The notes: generated from the sequence alone by a model not told the origin. Shown: positions 1 to 10,400, counted from the stretch's first letter. The stretch is 64,000 bases of DNA from Methanomicrobiales archaeon (GCA_030019205.1 JASEFH010000006.1:22536-86535); one strand, 5' to 3'. Program-made: numbers and translations.

Positions 1-354
1 CCCGTCCTGCATGTAGACGCCCACCGTATCCCCCTCCCGCAGCGGTTCGGCGGCGATCGCCGTCCAGACGGCGATCTGGTGGATGATGTCCCGCCGGATG
101 TGGCGGGCATAGGTCTCGAGCACCTCGGCGTTGCCGAGAACCCACTCGATCCCCTTCCGGGTGACCTCGTAGCGCCCCCGCCCGTGCGCGCTGACCATCC
201 CCTCCTCCACCAGCTCGCGGATGTACTCGGACACGGCCTGCGGGGTCACCCCGAGCTTCTGGGCGATCTCCTGCTGGCGGACGGCCGGCTGGTTCTCGGC
301 GATCTCCACCAGTATCTGGAAACGGGTCGCTTCGCTTTTGCTGCGCAGAATCAC
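1..354 (-). CDS. Winged-helix transcriptional regulator (COG1497-like), N-terminal part; gene runs off the left edge
   Basis: The minus-strand frame is open to the window edge. My translation reads (V)ILRSKSEATRFQILVEIAENQPAVRQQEIAQKLGVTPQAVSEYIRELVEEGMVSAHGRGRYEVTRKGIEWVL..., a MarR/ArsR-type wHTH. The start is GTG 354 or TTG 384, with an in-frame stop at 406-408. It is missing from the ORF track because the edge truncates it. Confidence 0.7.
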   Translation of the reverse strand, partial: MILRSKSEATRFQILVEIAENQPAVRQQEIAQKLGVTPQAVSEYIRELVEEGMVSAHGRGRYEVTRKGIEWVLGNAEVLETYARHIRRDIIHQIAVWTAIAAEPLREGDTVGVYMQDG

Positions 355-367
355 GTACAGAGGATCG

Positions 368-892
368 TTAACGGGTTCGCTCAAGGAGCACCATTCCCTG
401 CCCTTTCACGTCGAAGTGAGGGATGCGCTTGGCCAGACCCTTCACGAAGATCGGACTCACGCCGAATTTCCGGGAGAGGTCGTTGATTGACGTGTTTCCG
501 TTCCGTATCTCCTGCTCGACCTGCTCGACGACCGTACGCAGGCATTCGTCCGTGGAGATGGCGATGTGGAGCAGGTCGGCGAGATCGTGCATGTTGCACT
601 GGAAGTTCGCCCGGAACCGGCTGTAGATGGTCCTGTACTCCCGGGCCGGCTTCTGGCCGGGCGATGGCATCCTCCACTGCTCTTCGATCAGGTTTCCCTT
701 CTTGAGGATTGCAAGACAGTCCGAGACGGTCGCCGCATCCCACTGCGCGGTCAGCTCCTCCTCGGTCAGCCAGTTCCGGTTCAGGCGCTCGAAAATCTCC
801 TTGTACTTCGTGTTGTTGAAACAGACAAGCAGAGGGATCATCTCCACCGGATCGTTCACTATCCTGATATGGCCCGTCAAGCAAAACCCCAA
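368..892 (-). CDS. Putative HTH DNA-binding protein (hypothetical)
   Basis: 174-aa ORF with normal composition and HTH-like segments (TVSDCLAILKKGNLIEEQW; TSINDLSRKFGVSPIFVKGLAKR). It is divergent from hypF across an AT-rich 47-bp spacer. Confidence 0.6.
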   Translation of the reverse strand: MGFCLTGHIRIVNDPVEMIPLLVCFNNTKYKEIFERLNRNWLTEEELTAQWDAATVSDCLAILKKGNLIEEQWRMPSPGQKPAREYRTIYSRFRANFQCNMHDLADLLHIAISTDECLRTVVEQVEQEIRNGNTSINDLSRKFGVSPIFVKGLAKRIPHFDVKGQGMVLLERTR

Positions 893-938
893 TTATTATA
901 AGGTGTTGAGCCTCAATAAATTTTTTCAGAATTTTCTG

Positions 939-3182
939 ATGCGTTCCAGTGGAAAGATCCTCGTCCGTGGCATTGTACAGGGAGTCGGGTTCCGTCCTTT
1001 CGTATATGCACAGGCGCTGCAGCTCGGTATCCGCGGCACCGTGAAGAACACGGGGAGCGAAGTCGAGATCGTCGCCTACGGCGATCGGTTCGAGGAGTTC
1101 CTCGGCGCCGTCAGCCGGGGCCCGCCCCTCTCCCGTATCGACAGTGTCGAGGTTCACGCGGTGAACGGCGAGGCGCCTCCCGCGTTCGAGATCCTGCCGA
1201 GCGGGACGGGAGCGCTCTCGGGATTCATCCCGCCCGATGTCGCCGTCTGCAGGGAGTGCCTGGAGGACATCCTGCAGGAGGGCGGACGGTACGAGAACTA
1301 CTGGGCGACATCCTGCGTAAACTGCGGACCGCGCTACAGCATCATACGCGGGATACCCTACGACCGCGAACGGACCTCGATGGCGGAGTTCCCCCTGTGC
1401 CCCGCGTGCCGGCGCGAGTACTCGGATCCGGCATGCCGCCGGCACCACGCCCAGACCATCGCCTGCGCTGCCTGCGGCCCTCAGCTGGCGCTCCTCGATG
1501 CCGGAGGCGGCCCCGTAGAGACCCCGGATCCCATCCGGGAGACCGCCCGACTCCTGGACAGCGGACGGATCGTCGCCGTGCGCGGGATGGGGGGATTCCA
1601 CATCGCCTGCATCGAGGAGTCCGCGGGCGAGCTGAAGCGAAGGCTGGGGCGAACGGAGCAGCCGTTCGCGATCATGGTGAAGCCGGAGGCGCTCGATGCC
1701 CTCGCCATCGTCTCTCCGGAAGAGCGGCAAGCCCTCACAAGCCCCGAGCGCCCGATCGTGGTGCTCAGGAAACGCGATCCCCTCGCCCATTCCTCCATCA
1801 GCAACCTGCACACCCTCGGCTGCATGCTCCCCTACACCGGGCTCCACCATCTCCTCTTCACGCGGCTCGAGCACCCGCTGCTGATCATGACCAGCGCGAA
1901 CATGCCCGGCGACCCGATGATCACCGATACCGGGACGGCGGTCCGCAGACTCGGAAAGGACGTGGACTTCTTCCTGGTGCACAACCGCGCGATCCTCAAC
2001 CGCTGCGACGACTCCGTGGTGAGGAGCGGCTATATCATCCGCCTCTCCCGCGGCTGCGCTCCGAAGCGCAGGCGGATCGATCTCGGGCGCCGCCAGATCC
2101 TGGGGGTGGGCCCCGAACTGAACTCGAACATCTCCCTCTACAAGGACGGGTTCTGCATCACCTCCCCGCACATCGGGCACGTGCGGAACCCGCCGACCCT
2201 CGCCTACCTGCAGGAGACCGAGGAGAAGCTCCGGCGTCTGATCGGGGCCCGGTACGACACCATCGCCCACGATCTCCACCCTGCGTTCCTCTCCACGCGC
2301 TTCGCCGCATCGCTCGCCGGGGAGTTCGGGGCCGATCTCGTGGCGGTGCAGCACCACCGGGCGCACATTGCGGCCGCGACGATGGAGCCCTGCATCGGCA
2401 TCGCCATCGACGGGGTCGGCTACGGGGACGACGGGCGGGTCTGGGGAGGCGAGATCTTCGCGGGCGCGGTCCCGCACCTCGAGCGCGTCGCCCACCTGGA
2501 GTCGGTGCCGATGCCGGGCGGCGACCTGGCGACGCGCTTCCCGGAGCGGATGCTCTACGGCATCCTCCCCGAAAGCGGGACGCTGGAGCTGCTCGGGGAC
2601 CGGGGCTGGAGCGACGTGGAGCTGGGGGTGCTGGAGCGGCAGGTGGAGCGGGGCGTCCACGTCGCCTGGACGAGCAGCGCCGGGCGGGTGCTGGACGCCG
2701 CCGCCGCCCTGCTCGGGATCTGCCGCGAGCGCACCTACGACGGCGAGCCGGCGATGCGGCTCGAGGCTGCGGCGTTCCGCGGTCGCCCCGAGCCCTGGCC
2801 GCTCGCGTACCGGCAGTCCGAGCGCTGCGAGATCCTGGAGACGCGGACCATCCTCGCGGAGGCGTTCCGCCGCTTCCAGCGCACCGCCGGGCTGACTTCC
2901 GCGGAAAGAGAGCGGACGGTGGCGGACATCGCCGCCTCGGTCCAGTTCAACCTGGCGAGGGGGATCGCCGCGCTGGCGATCCACGCATCGGAGCAGAGCG
3001 GCATCGAGACGATCGTCCTGAGCGGAGGGGTGGCGTACAACGATGCGATCCGGACGACCATCGCGGAAGAGCTCGCCGGCAGGGGGCTGACGCTCGCCGT
3101 CCATGCCGAATACCCCCTGGGGGACGGCTGCATCTCCTACGGTCAGTGCATCCACGCCGCCCTCCTGCACCGCGAGGGCTAG
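939..3182 (+). CDS. hypF: [NiFe]-hydrogenase maturation carbamoyltransferase HypF
   Basis: ORF 627..3182 trimmed to ATG 939, giving MRSSGKILVRGIVQGVGFRPFVY (acylphosphatase-like N-terminus). It has four CxxC zinc-finger motifs (CRECL, CVNCGPRYS, CPACRREY, CAACGPQL), then YrdC-like and Kae1-like regions. Confidence 0.93.
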   Translation: MRSSGKILVRGIVQGVGFRPFVYAQALQLGIRGTVKNTGSEVEIVAYGDRFEEFLGAVSRGPPLSRIDSVEVHAVNGEAPPAFEILPSGTGALSGFIPPDVAVCRECLEDILQEGGRYENYWATSCVNCGPRYSIIRGIPYDRERTSMAEFPLCPACRREYSDPACRRHHAQTIACAACGPQLALLDAGGGPVETPDPIRETARLLDSGRIVAVRGMGGFHIACIEESAGELKRRLGRTEQPFAIMVKPEALDALAIVSPEERQALTSPERPIVVLRKRDPLAHSSISNLHTLGCMLPYTGLHHLLFTRLEHPLLIMTSANMPGDPMITDTGTAVRRLGKDVDFFLVHNRAILNRCDDSVVRSGYIIRLSRGCAPKRRRIDLGRRQILGVGPELNSNISLYKDGFCITSPHIGHVRNPPTLAYLQETEEKLRRLIGARYDTIAHDLHPAFLSTRFAASLAGEFGADLVAVQHHRAHIAAATMEPCIGIAIDGVGYGDDGRVWGGEIFAGAVPHLERVAHLESVPMPGGDLATRFPERMLYGILPESGTLELLGDRGWSDVELGVLERQVERGVHVAWTSSAGRVLDAAAALLGICRERTYDGEPAMRLEAAAFRGRPEPWPLAYRQSERCEILETRTILAEAFRRFQRTAGLTSAERERTVADIAASVQFNLARGIAALAIHASEQSGIETIVLSGGVAYNDAIRTTIAEELAGRGLTLAVHAEYPLGDGCISYGQCIHAALLHREG

Positions 3183-3333
3183 AGGCGCGGAGCCCGGGCC
3201 GTCCGATCGCCCGTCGAGGGGAACGACAGCACGCATGAACCGTCAGAGAAGGAGCCGGCGCACCAGAACAGGAGAGGTCTCGACGGTTCGGCTTCTGGCG
3301 GATGAAGAGCGTGATGGTATGATGGGAGTCCGG

Positions 3334-3849
3334 TCAACTCCCCTCATAGGCTTCCATGACGTATCCGATGAACTCCTCGCCGTGCATCTCGAACTGATGC
3401 TGGACCTCCCGAACGCCCTCCGGGTCCCCGAGCTTCAGCAGCGCAGCCGCCGTCAGCGCACGGCAGGTCTCCGAGGTCTCGTCGCGAAGGCACTGCACGA
3501 GAGGCTGCACTGCCCGTGCGTCTCCGATCTCCGATAGGGCCCAGACCGTCGGATTGCGCACCTGGGCATCCTGGACCCGGAGCGTATCGATCAGGGGATC
3601 CAGAGCCGGCGCCCCGATCCTGGCCAGCGCCATCGCCGCTCCCCAGCGGATATCGCGGTGGCCGTTCTTCAGAACTTCGAGCAGGGGATCCACGGCCGGT
3701 CCACCGATAGAACCGAGCGCATACACGGCTTTCAATCCTTTATACACGTCTCCGGCCGAGAGGACCTGGATAAGGCCTCCGACATCTCCCTTTTCAACCA
3801 GTTTCTCGATCTCGGGCATGGCAGACACCCGCCCCACAGGGGCAAACAA
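3334..3849 (-). CDS. HEAT/PBS-lyase repeat protein
   Basis: Repeated IGGPAVDPLLEVLKNG / IGAPALDPLIDTLRVQ / IGDARAVQPLVQCLRDE units typical of HEAT_PBS repeats. An alternative start is ATG 3819 (MPEIEKL). Confidence 0.75.
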   Translation of the reverse strand: MFAPVGRVSAMPEIEKLVEKGDVGGLIQVLSAGDVYKGLKAVYALGSIGGPAVDPLLEVLKNGHRDIRWGAAMALARIGAPALDPLIDTLRVQDAQVRNPTVWALSEIGDARAVQPLVQCLRDETSETCRALTAAALLKLGDPEGVREVQHQFEMHGEEFIGYVMEAYEGS

Positions 3850-4208
3850 CGCTACAGCGTGCTTAAAAATAATTTTTTGTCAGCCAGAACTGTTGTGCGC
3901 ATATGAAATGCAATGGTGGCGCGCAGGTATAGTTCGCACTGCTGCCTTGCACAAGTGGATGCCAATGGGAGCAAGCATCTGTGGCGGACTGCCGGATCCC
4001 GATCCCCGTGCCGCCACCCGGGGATCCGTTCGGGAGGCCCGCGCCCGCGATCTCACCCCCTCCTTGCCCCCCGGTGGCCGCACGGCGGGAATGGCTGTCC
4101 TCCGCGATCGGGATGGGAGAGGGGGCCGGGCATCTCGCCTCCACCGTCCCTGCCGCAACCGGGGGATGGCTCACGCGATCCCCCGCACTCCCCTCCCTCG
4201 CCGGAACG

Positions 4209-6236
4209 TCAGGAGAGGTGACGTCCCCCATCACCGCATGCACCGGGGAGAGATCCCCGAACTCCCGCGTGAATCCGGGCAGCCGTGGACGCCGGCTGCG
4301 TCCGCTGTCGGGACACCCCGAGCCGTCGCCGCAGCCCGGTTATGTCGCGGATGGACTGGATCGCCCCCACGCGGTTGCCGTGCCGGTCATAGAGCGGCGA
4401 GGCCCGCCCCTGGAGCAGCCGCCGCCGCCCGTCCCGGGAGAGGGTAAGGTAACCCTCCGCCATGACCGACTCCCCCTCCCTGCGGAATACCCTGTAGAGA
4501 GACTCCGCCGCCGGATCCGACCCGCCCACCAGATCGATCAGCAGCGGGCGGGAGCGCCCGTAAAACGGAAGCGCATAGGCGAAATCGCTCTTTCCCAGCA
4601 TCTCCCCGCGCGCAACGCCGGTCAGATCCTCCATGGCGCGGTTCCAGGCGATCACCCGCCGATCGCTGTCGATCACGAACGTGGCATCGGGGAGGAACTC
4701 GATGATATCCTGGAGCCTGCAGTTGGCGTCCAGGAGCGCCTCCTCCGCTCTCCTCTTCTCGGTCATGTCCTCGTAAGTGACGTACTGGTTCCCGTCGGAG
4801 AGGGTCACGGGGCGGAAGACGATCGGTTTTACCGTGCCGTTCTTGCACCGCACGTCGAACTCCCGCATGCGGACCTCGCCGACCGATGCACGGGCAAGGT
4901 CGGACTTCCAGGTCTCGACCGCCTGTCTCCGATATTCAGGATCGGGAAACGCCCGGGCAAACCAGGCCCGCCCGTCCGGGATGTCCCTCCGGGTATACCC
5001 GAACGTCTCCGTGAACTTGCGGTTTATGTAGCAGTATTCCCCGTTGCGGTCGATGATGGCGATCGGGTAGGGGGAGAGATCGGCCACGTCCCGGAATCGC
5101 TGTTCGCTATCGTGCAGCGCATCCTCGGCGATCATGCGGCGGAGCGCCATCGACGAGAGGTTGATGAACGAGTCGATCGTGCTCTCGTCGCCGATGTCCG
5201 CTCCCCCGGGAAGGAAGACGGTGATGCTGCCGTAGAGCTGGCCTTCCCAGGCGAGGCCGGCGACGTAGATCTCTTCCATGCCGAGGGCACGCGCCAGCGC
5301 ATCGGACGTCTTCTCGGGCAGACCCCACGCGGTTACGTCGTAGAGATGTCTCACGTCGTGATCGCCGGCCTGCGGGCGGCGGATGGTAGCCGTGCGGGCG
5401 AGATCCCAGACGGCGAGGGGATCGGCGGGAATGCCCATGCCGACGATATCCCTGCCCAGGACCTGGCGGAACAGGTCCCGCGCCCGCTCGTCCTGGACGC
5501 CGCGGACGCAGAGTGCGCCGGAGATCGGGTTGTAGGCGTTGACGACGGCGATTCCCTGCGGGATCAGGTCGTGCAAGCCCTCCCCGATCAGCCCGTAGAT
5601 ATCCTCTTCGGTGTGGAGGCGGACAAACTGCATGGCAGCCTGTGCCAGAAACTCGATGCTCTCCAGATGCCGGATCTCGCGCTCTTCGAGTTCCTTCTCG
5701 CGGGTGATGTCCTCCAGGACGATGGTCAATCCGCGGTTCCCCCCCTCGAACGCGGTCGGGAGCACCTTTCCCTTGAAGTGGAGCGTCAGCGCATCCCGAG
5801 CGTGCACCAGGTCCGCGAACTCGATCCCCTCCCGGATGCCGCTCCGGATCGCCGTGCAGATCTCCGAGTCCGTGACGAGGGGGAGCGTGATCTCCGTGAT
5901 TCTGCGCCCCAGCACGGCGTCCCGCACGCAGCCGATGAAGTCGAGGTAGTGGTCGTCCACCTGGACGAGATGGAGATCCTCGTCCAGCACCAGGATGAAT
6001 TCCGCGGTAAAGTTCATGAATGCCGAGAGGGGAACCCGCTTTGAGAGGCGGTAGACCTTGGCGTTCCCGATGGCATCCACCTCCACGCGGCCGGACGTCA
6101 GCAGGATCTCGAGATACTTGGCAACGGAGTGGCGGTTCAACCGGGCCTTCCGGGAGAGTTCCGAGATTGTCATGCCCTTCTGCTTGAAGCGGAGGAGATT
6201 CACAATTTTTGCAGTTGCCTGGTGCTCCTGCTGCAT
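4209..6236 (-). CDS. Multi-PAS/GAF sensor protein with N-terminal winged-helix domain
   Basis: ORF 4209..6329 trimmed to ATG 6236 (MQQEHQATAKIVNLLRFKQKGMTISELSRKARLNRHSVAKYLEILLTSGRVEV = wHTH). This is followed by several PAS-like blocks (e.g. AEDALHDSEQRFRDVADLSPYPIAIIDRNGEYCYINRKF, EEALLDANCRLQDIIEFLPDATFVIDSDRRVIAWNRAME). A TATA-like CCTATATATGT lies 25-35 nt upstream of 6236. Confidence 0.8.
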   Translation of the reverse strand: MQQEHQATAKIVNLLRFKQKGMTISELSRKARLNRHSVAKYLEILLTSGRVEVDAIGNAKVYRLSKRVPLSAFMNFTAEFILVLDEDLHLVQVDDHYLDFIGCVRDAVLGRRITEITLPLVTDSEICTAIRSGIREGIEFADLVHARDALTLHFKGKVLPTAFEGGNRGLTIVLEDITREKELEEREIRHLESIEFLAQAAMQFVRLHTEEDIYGLIGEGLHDLIPQGIAVVNAYNPISGALCVRGVQDERARDLFRQVLGRDIVGMGIPADPLAVWDLARTATIRRPQAGDHDVRHLYDVTAWGLPEKTSDALARALGMEEIYVAGLAWEGQLYGSITVFLPGGADIGDESTIDSFINLSSMALRRMIAEDALHDSEQRFRDVADLSPYPIAIIDRNGEYCYINRKFTETFGYTRRDIPDGRAWFARAFPDPEYRRQAVETWKSDLARASVGEVRMREFDVRCKNGTVKPIVFRPVTLSDGNQYVTYEDMTEKRRAEEALLDANCRLQDIIEFLPDATFVIDSDRRVIAWNRAMEDLTGVARGEMLGKSDFAYALPFYGRSRPLLIDLVGGSDPAAESLYRVFRREGESVMAEGYLTLSRDGRRRLLQGRASPLYDRHGNRVGAIQSIRDITGLRRRLGVSRQRTQPASTAARIHAGVRGSLPGACGDGGRHLS

Positions 6237-6403
6237 GATACTTCTGGATTCACACGCATGACATATATAGGCTCGGTACGCCCCCCCCGATTCCGACCCG
6301 ATCCCCGGGTGCGAGACGACAGCCCGCACGCGGGGCAGGCGGAGATGCGGGGAGATCCCCGGCCGGGGAACGTATTTATACTCCCGTACCAGAACCGCCC
6401 GGG

Positions 6404-7090
6404 ATGGAGATCTACGTGGGCACGAGCGGGTGGTCGTACGCCTGGAACCGGGGAAGGAGCCTGGCGTGGTACGTCGAGGAGCTCCGCCTGAACGCCGTCG
6501 AACTGAACGGCAGCTTCTACCGCTTTCCCCGGCGGGAGCACGTGGAGGGCTGGGCCCGGGACGGATCGTCGCTTCGCTGGGCGGTGAAGGTGCACCGTCT
6601 CGTCACGCACCGCCACCAGTTCGGCGACGGGGCCCTGGAGGCATGGGAGCGGTTCCGCTCGATCTTCGAGCCGCTCGACGACCGTGTCGACTTCTACCTC
6701 TTTCAGGCTCCGCCGCGCTTCGCGGACACGGAGCGGCTGGCCGAGTTCGCACGGGCGGTAGACCTCGGCGACCGCTGCGCCCTCGAGATCCGGAACCGGG
6801 AGGTACTCGGGGACGATGCGAAGATGGAGGCGTTGCAGAGGCATGCTGTAGTGGTCTCGGTGGACTCGCCCCACGTCCATAACCGCATCTTTCCGGGCCC
6901 GATCGTCTACCTGCGGATGCACGGGAGAGGAGCCTGGTACGCCTACGACTACCCCGCGGAGGAGCTGCGCGAGACGGCGGAGCGGATCCGCGCAGCCCGC
7001 CCCGAGCGGGCGTACGTCTTCTTCAACAACGACCACAGCATGCCGGCGAATGCGCGGGCGATGCTGGAGATCCTGCGGGGAGCGGGATAG
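6404..7090 (+). CDS. DUF72 family protein (YecE-like)
   Basis: MEIYVGTSGWSYAWN... N-terminus and overall length are typical of DUF72. A TATA-like TATTTATAC at 6373-6381 suggests a near-leaderless transcript. Confidence 0.8.
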   Translation: MEIYVGTSGWSYAWNRGRSLAWYVEELRLNAVELNGSFYRFPRREHVEGWARDGSSLRWAVKVHRLVTHRHQFGDGALEAWERFRSIFEPLDDRVDFYLFQAPPRFADTERLAEFARAVDLGDRCALEIRNREVLGDDAKMEALQRHAVVVSVDSPHVHNRIFPGPIVYLRMHGRGAWYAYDYPAEELRETAERIRAARPERAYVFFNNDHSMPANARAMLEILRGAG

Positions 7091-7447
7091 AAGAGACGCG
7101 CCCGGGGCAATCCCCACCGCCATCCTCCTCGGGAGGGGATCGCTCCTGCAGAGATCTCCGCATCGGAAGCGGGTGCGATCGCACCCCGGCACCTCTTCTC
7201 CGTTCCCGTCCGAGATCCGGAGCGGCACGGTTGCCTTGACCGTGGACTGCATCCCTCGACCGGCGGCATCCCGAATCCTTGCCGGCAGGCGGGGCTCTTT
7301 CAGGATGGCGAAGAATCATCGTCTCTATCCCGCAGAGGACTCATGGTTCAAGGACCGGATCTCCCTGTCAGACAGACTGCATCCTCTTCTGCAGGACTCA
7401 TCTCGATGCGGAAGATCCCGGGGGGAGGCACGGTGAAGTATCGCTCC

Positions 7448-7475
7448 CGATCCTCTACCCTCGATCCTCTACCCT
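7448..7475. repeat. Perfect 14-bp tandem duplication (cgatcctctaccct x2)
   Basis: Read directly: 7448-7461 and 7462-7475 are identical. The second unit abuts or overlaps the end of the intergenic repeat copy at 7471-7570. Confidence 0.9.
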
Positions 7476-7570
7476 TGGAGGATATCGTAGCAGCGGGGTG
7501 GGGGCACGGGGGGAGGGGGTGCGCCCCCCTCCCCCTTCCAATTCCCCTCCCACAGGTGCGATAGGGCTTG
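7471..7570 (-). repeat. Intergenic repeat family, copy A (inverted relative to copy B)
   Basis: The reverse complement of 7471-7570 aligns by eye with 18855-18955. Shared blocks are ccctatcgca, gggaggg, ggggagggg..cgcaccc(c)ctcccccc, cccccaccccgctg and cgata.cctccaaggg. Confidence 0.8.
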
Positions 7571-7970
7571 ACATCGGGGAAGAAAGCGGTTGGAATAGGG
7601 TGGCAACCGCTTCCTCGTCGAATACCCCTTCACCAATAGATGAAGAATCCACATCTGCAGGGGTGAGCATACGAATGGGGGATACTCGGGAAGGAGACGC
7701 ACTCCCGTCCGCAAGTCACGATAGGCCTGTATCCCGTCAGACGGGCAGGAGCGGCGATACTGAAACGCAGGCTCTCCCCATCATCGCCCCGTCGACGAGT
7801 ATCGCGCGTGCAGGTCCTGGACCGCATCTCCGGGACCCGTGTTGAGCCCGAACCTGCAGCGACTCCCTCTCTGTTCTCTCCGATCGGCACGGCGGCGAGC
7901 GGTCTGGCACGTACTCGCGAGCGATTGGGGGGGATGATCTTTGAAAAAGTGAGAGAAAGAGGCGATGAGT

Positions 7971-8288
7971 TCAGCCGAACAGGGCTCCGAGCCCTGCGAT
8001 GCCGCTCTCTTCCTCCTCTTCCTTCTTCTCCTCCTTCTTCTCCTCCTTCGGTGCCTCCGCTGCGGGCGCCGCTGCGGCGGCTGCGGGTGCGGCGGCGGCC
8101 ACCGGCGCTGCGACGGCGGCCTTGCTGATGGCCTCCTCGATGTTCACGCCTTCCAGGGCGGCGACAAGGGCTTTCACGCGGGCATCGTCTGCCGCGACGC
8201 CGGCGGCAGAGAGAACGGCCTTCACGTTCTGTTCGTTCACTTCCTTTCCTGCGTGGTGCAGGATCAACGCTGCATAGATATATTCCAT
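7971..8288 (-). CDS. rpl12: 50S ribosomal stalk protein P1 (L12e)
   Basis: [31 protein letters not shown]..., then an Ala/Pro hinge and an acidic tail ending [19 protein letters not shown] 7971..8297 trimmed to ATG 8288. Confidence 0.95.
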   Translation of the reverse strand: MEYIYAALILHHAGKEVNEQNVKAVLSAAGVAADDARVKALVAALEGVNIEEAISKAAVAAPVAAAAPAAAAAAPAAEAPKEEKKEEKKEEEEESGIAGLGALFG

Positions 8289-8311
8289 CACAATCACCTG
8301 AGTCTTCGAAT

Positions 8312-9166
8312 TTATTGTCCTTCCACGATACTCTTCAGGGCCTGCATCTCACGGAATGCCCGCCCGATGATGCTGTCCATCACGCCGGACTCGTAGATGG
8401 ATGCCTCCACTCCCAGGGAGCGGGCCTCCTGCGCCGCCTTCGCCATCAGCGTGCCGATGGTCGACGGTGTCGGTATGACGGCGTTCACCGAGAGGTTGAA
8501 TCCCTGCCGTACCGCCTGCACGAACTGGTTGAAGTAGGCCTCCTCGTCGATGACGAGCATCTCCGGGCGATACAGCGTGTGCTCGTAGTAGGTCACCTGC
8601 ATGCGCAGACCGACGTCCATCGGCTTGACACCCAGTTTCTGGAGCACATCGGCCATCTTCTTGCTGATGACCTCGCCCTTGCGGACAACCGTCTTGGTAT
8701 CCCGTATCCTGACTTTTCCCCCTTCGATGGCGGCGGGGATGCCTGCCTGCTGGAGCTCGCCCACGATCGGGCCGGGCTTGAAGCTCGTCGGACCCTTCTC
8801 CACCACGATATCCTGGGGCGCGATCTCGCCGGGCTTTGCGGCCATCTTCGTCTTGGTCTTCTCCAGCATCTTGTAGAGTCTGAAGGGATTCACATCCGTG
8901 AACAGGAGTGCGCTCTGGCCGGAGATGTAACCGCGGACCCCCTCGACGTCCCCGCCGAGTTCGGCGAGGGCGTGATCGATCAGGGTGTTTCGGGTCATCC
9001 GGATCTTCGCGACGTCGCGCAGGTCTGCCCGAATCTGCTGCAGCTGCGTGGCCGGAATCCCCTGCATGTCGACGAGAGCCATCGCCCTGTGGGAGCGGAT
9101 GCCCTCCTTGATCATCTCCACTTCCCTCCGCTTCCAGGCGGGCAGGTGGCGGGTGTACAGAGGCAT
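8312..9166 (-). CDS. rpl10: 50S ribosomal protein uL10 (P0)
   Basis: 284-aa ORF starting [21 protein letters not shown].., in the canonical position between L1 and P1. Confidence 0.93.
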   Translation of the reverse strand: MPLYTRHLPAWKRREVEMIKEGIRSHRAMALVDMQGIPATQLQQIRADLRDVAKIRMTRNTLIDHALAELGGDVEGVRGYISGQSALLFTDVNPFRLYKMLEKTKTKMAAKPGEIAPQDIVVEKGPTSFKPGPIVGELQQAGIPAAIEGGKVRIRDTKTVVRKGEVISKKMADVLQKLGVKPMDVGLRMQVTYYEHTLYRPEMLVIDEEAYFNQFVQAVRQGFNLSVNAVIPTPSTIGTLMAKAAQEARSLGVEASIYESGVMDSIIGRAFREMQALKSIVEGQ

Positions 9167-9167
9167 T

Positions 9168-9812
9168 CTACACCACCCTCACGGCAGGACCCATCGAGGT
9201 CTTGACGTACACCGCCCGGATGTTGTGCGGGCCCTGCTCCAGCACCGACTCGACCCTCTTGAGGATCGCATCGATGTTGTCTGCAATGTGATCCGGCGGC
9301 ATATCCGTCGTTCCGACCTTGGCATGGAAGACCTTCTTGTCCTTCGTGCGGATCCGCACCGAACCTCGCAGACGCTCCACGATCGGGCGGATATCGGTTC
9401 CCGGCGGAATGGGCGTGGGCATCTTCCCCCGGGGCCCCAGACGGGTCCCGAGCCATCGTCCGACCATGGACATCACGGCATTCTCCGCCAGGAAGAAGCG
9501 GTATTCGGCGGCAATCTTGCGTGCCTCCCGGGGAGCCCCCCCGAGACGCTCGATGTCCTGGGGGCCCAGGATCAGGTCGACGTTCGCCTCCCGCGCCTGG
9601 GTGGTGATATCGCCTCGGCCGAGGACCGCAATCTTTGCCCTGTCGCCGGTTCCGTGGGGAAGAAGAATCGTCTCGTCGATACGGTTCTTCGGCTGCGCCA
9701 TATCGATATTCCGCAGACTGACCGTGATATCCACGCTTTCACGGAATTTGCGCTCAGGCGCTTGTTCCAACGCTGCCTTTACAGCGTCGACTATTCTGGA
9801 TCTCTCTACCAT
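9168..9812 (-). CDS. rpl1: 50S ribosomal protein uL1
   Basis: MVERSRIVDAVKAALEQAPERKFRESVDITVSLRNIDM... is L1-like. One nucleotide separates it from the L10 start. Confidence 0.95.
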   Translation of the reverse strand: MVERSRIVDAVKAALEQAPERKFRESVDITVSLRNIDMAQPKNRIDETILLPHGTGDRAKIAVLGRGDITTQAREANVDLILGPQDIERLGGAPREARKIAAEYRFFLAENAVMSMVGRWLGTRLGPRGKMPTPIPPGTDIRPIVERLRGSVRIRTKDKKVFHAKVGTTDMPPDHIADNIDAILKRVESVLEQGPHNIRAVYVKTSMGPAVRVV

Positions 9813-9866
9813 CCATTACCTCCATAGTTCGCGACCGCAACCGATCTCCTATGGGTTGTATTCGCA

Positions 9867-10346
9867 TCACGATTCGACAAGCACGCTGTCGAACTCACCC
9901 TCGTCGATGGCCTTCAGAATCTCCTTGGGCTTTCGGCCGTTCACCTGGACGCCCAGGCTTACACACGTCCCGACCACCTCTTTGACGGCGGACTTGAGCG
10001 TGTACGAGAGCATATCGTCGAGCTTTACGCGGGCGATTCTGACAGCGGCCTCGAGCGGCAGCTCACCCACGAACTGGGTGTTGGGCTGGGCCGAACCCTT
10101 CTCGATACCGGCCTCTCTCATGATGAGCGCCGTCGTGGGGGGAATGCCCACGTCAATCGTGAAGTTCTTCTTTTCGTCGACCGTGACCGTCACGGGCACC
10201 TGCATGCCGTTGAACTCTGCAGTCTTCCGGTTGATCTCGTCGACGACCGCCTTCACGTTTATACCGAGGGGTCCGAGCGCAGGACCCAGCGGGGGTCCTG
10301 CGGTTGCCTTGCCGCCGGCTACCAGTACTTCGACCACTTCTGCCAT
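9867..10346 (-). CDS. rpl11: 50S ribosomal protein uL11
   Basis: ORF 9867..10406 trimmed to ATG 10346: MAEVVEVLVAGGKATAGPPLGPALGPLGINVKAVVDEIN... is the canonical L11 N-terminus. Confidence 0.93.
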   Translation of the reverse strand: MAEVVEVLVAGGKATAGPPLGPALGPLGINVKAVVDEINRKTAEFNGMQVPVTVTVDEKKNFTIDVGIPPTTALIMREAGIEKGSAQPNTQFVGELPLEAAVRIARVKLDDMLSYTLKSAVKEVVGTCVSLGVQVNGRKPKEILKAIDEGEFDSVLVES

Positions 10347-10389
10347 CGCAGCAATCACCATGCCTGCTCCGCACGGGAACAGAGCTTGG

Positions 10390-10400
10390 GTTAAATAAGG
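10390..10400 (-). promoter_or_regulatory. TATA-like box upstream of rpl11
   Basis: The minus strand reads CCTTATTTAAC about 45 nt upstream of ATG 10346, in the 200-bp spt5-rpl11 spacer. Confidence 0.35.

Noticed and set aside
381-3236. 951-aa minus-strand ORF, plus the 660-aa ORF at 1256..3238, across the hypF locus
   Set aside because: They are antisense to, or out of frame with, a gene carrying unmistakable HypF motifs. Their translations are Arg/Pro/Gly/Ala-rich and have no motifs. These are typical shadow ORFs of high-GC DNA.
3981-6044. 687-aa plus-strand ORF opposite the PAS regulator gene
   Set aside because: The translation is low-complexity and Pro/Arg/Gly-rich. The opposite strand encodes well-formed wHTH and PAS domains.
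7279-7845. ORFs crossing the intergenic repeats (7279..7845, 7343..7564, 18697..19017, 37919..38338)
   Set aside because: The translations are dominated by G/P runs produced by the G-tract/C-tract repeat cores. They have no start context, and the elements occur in both orientations.
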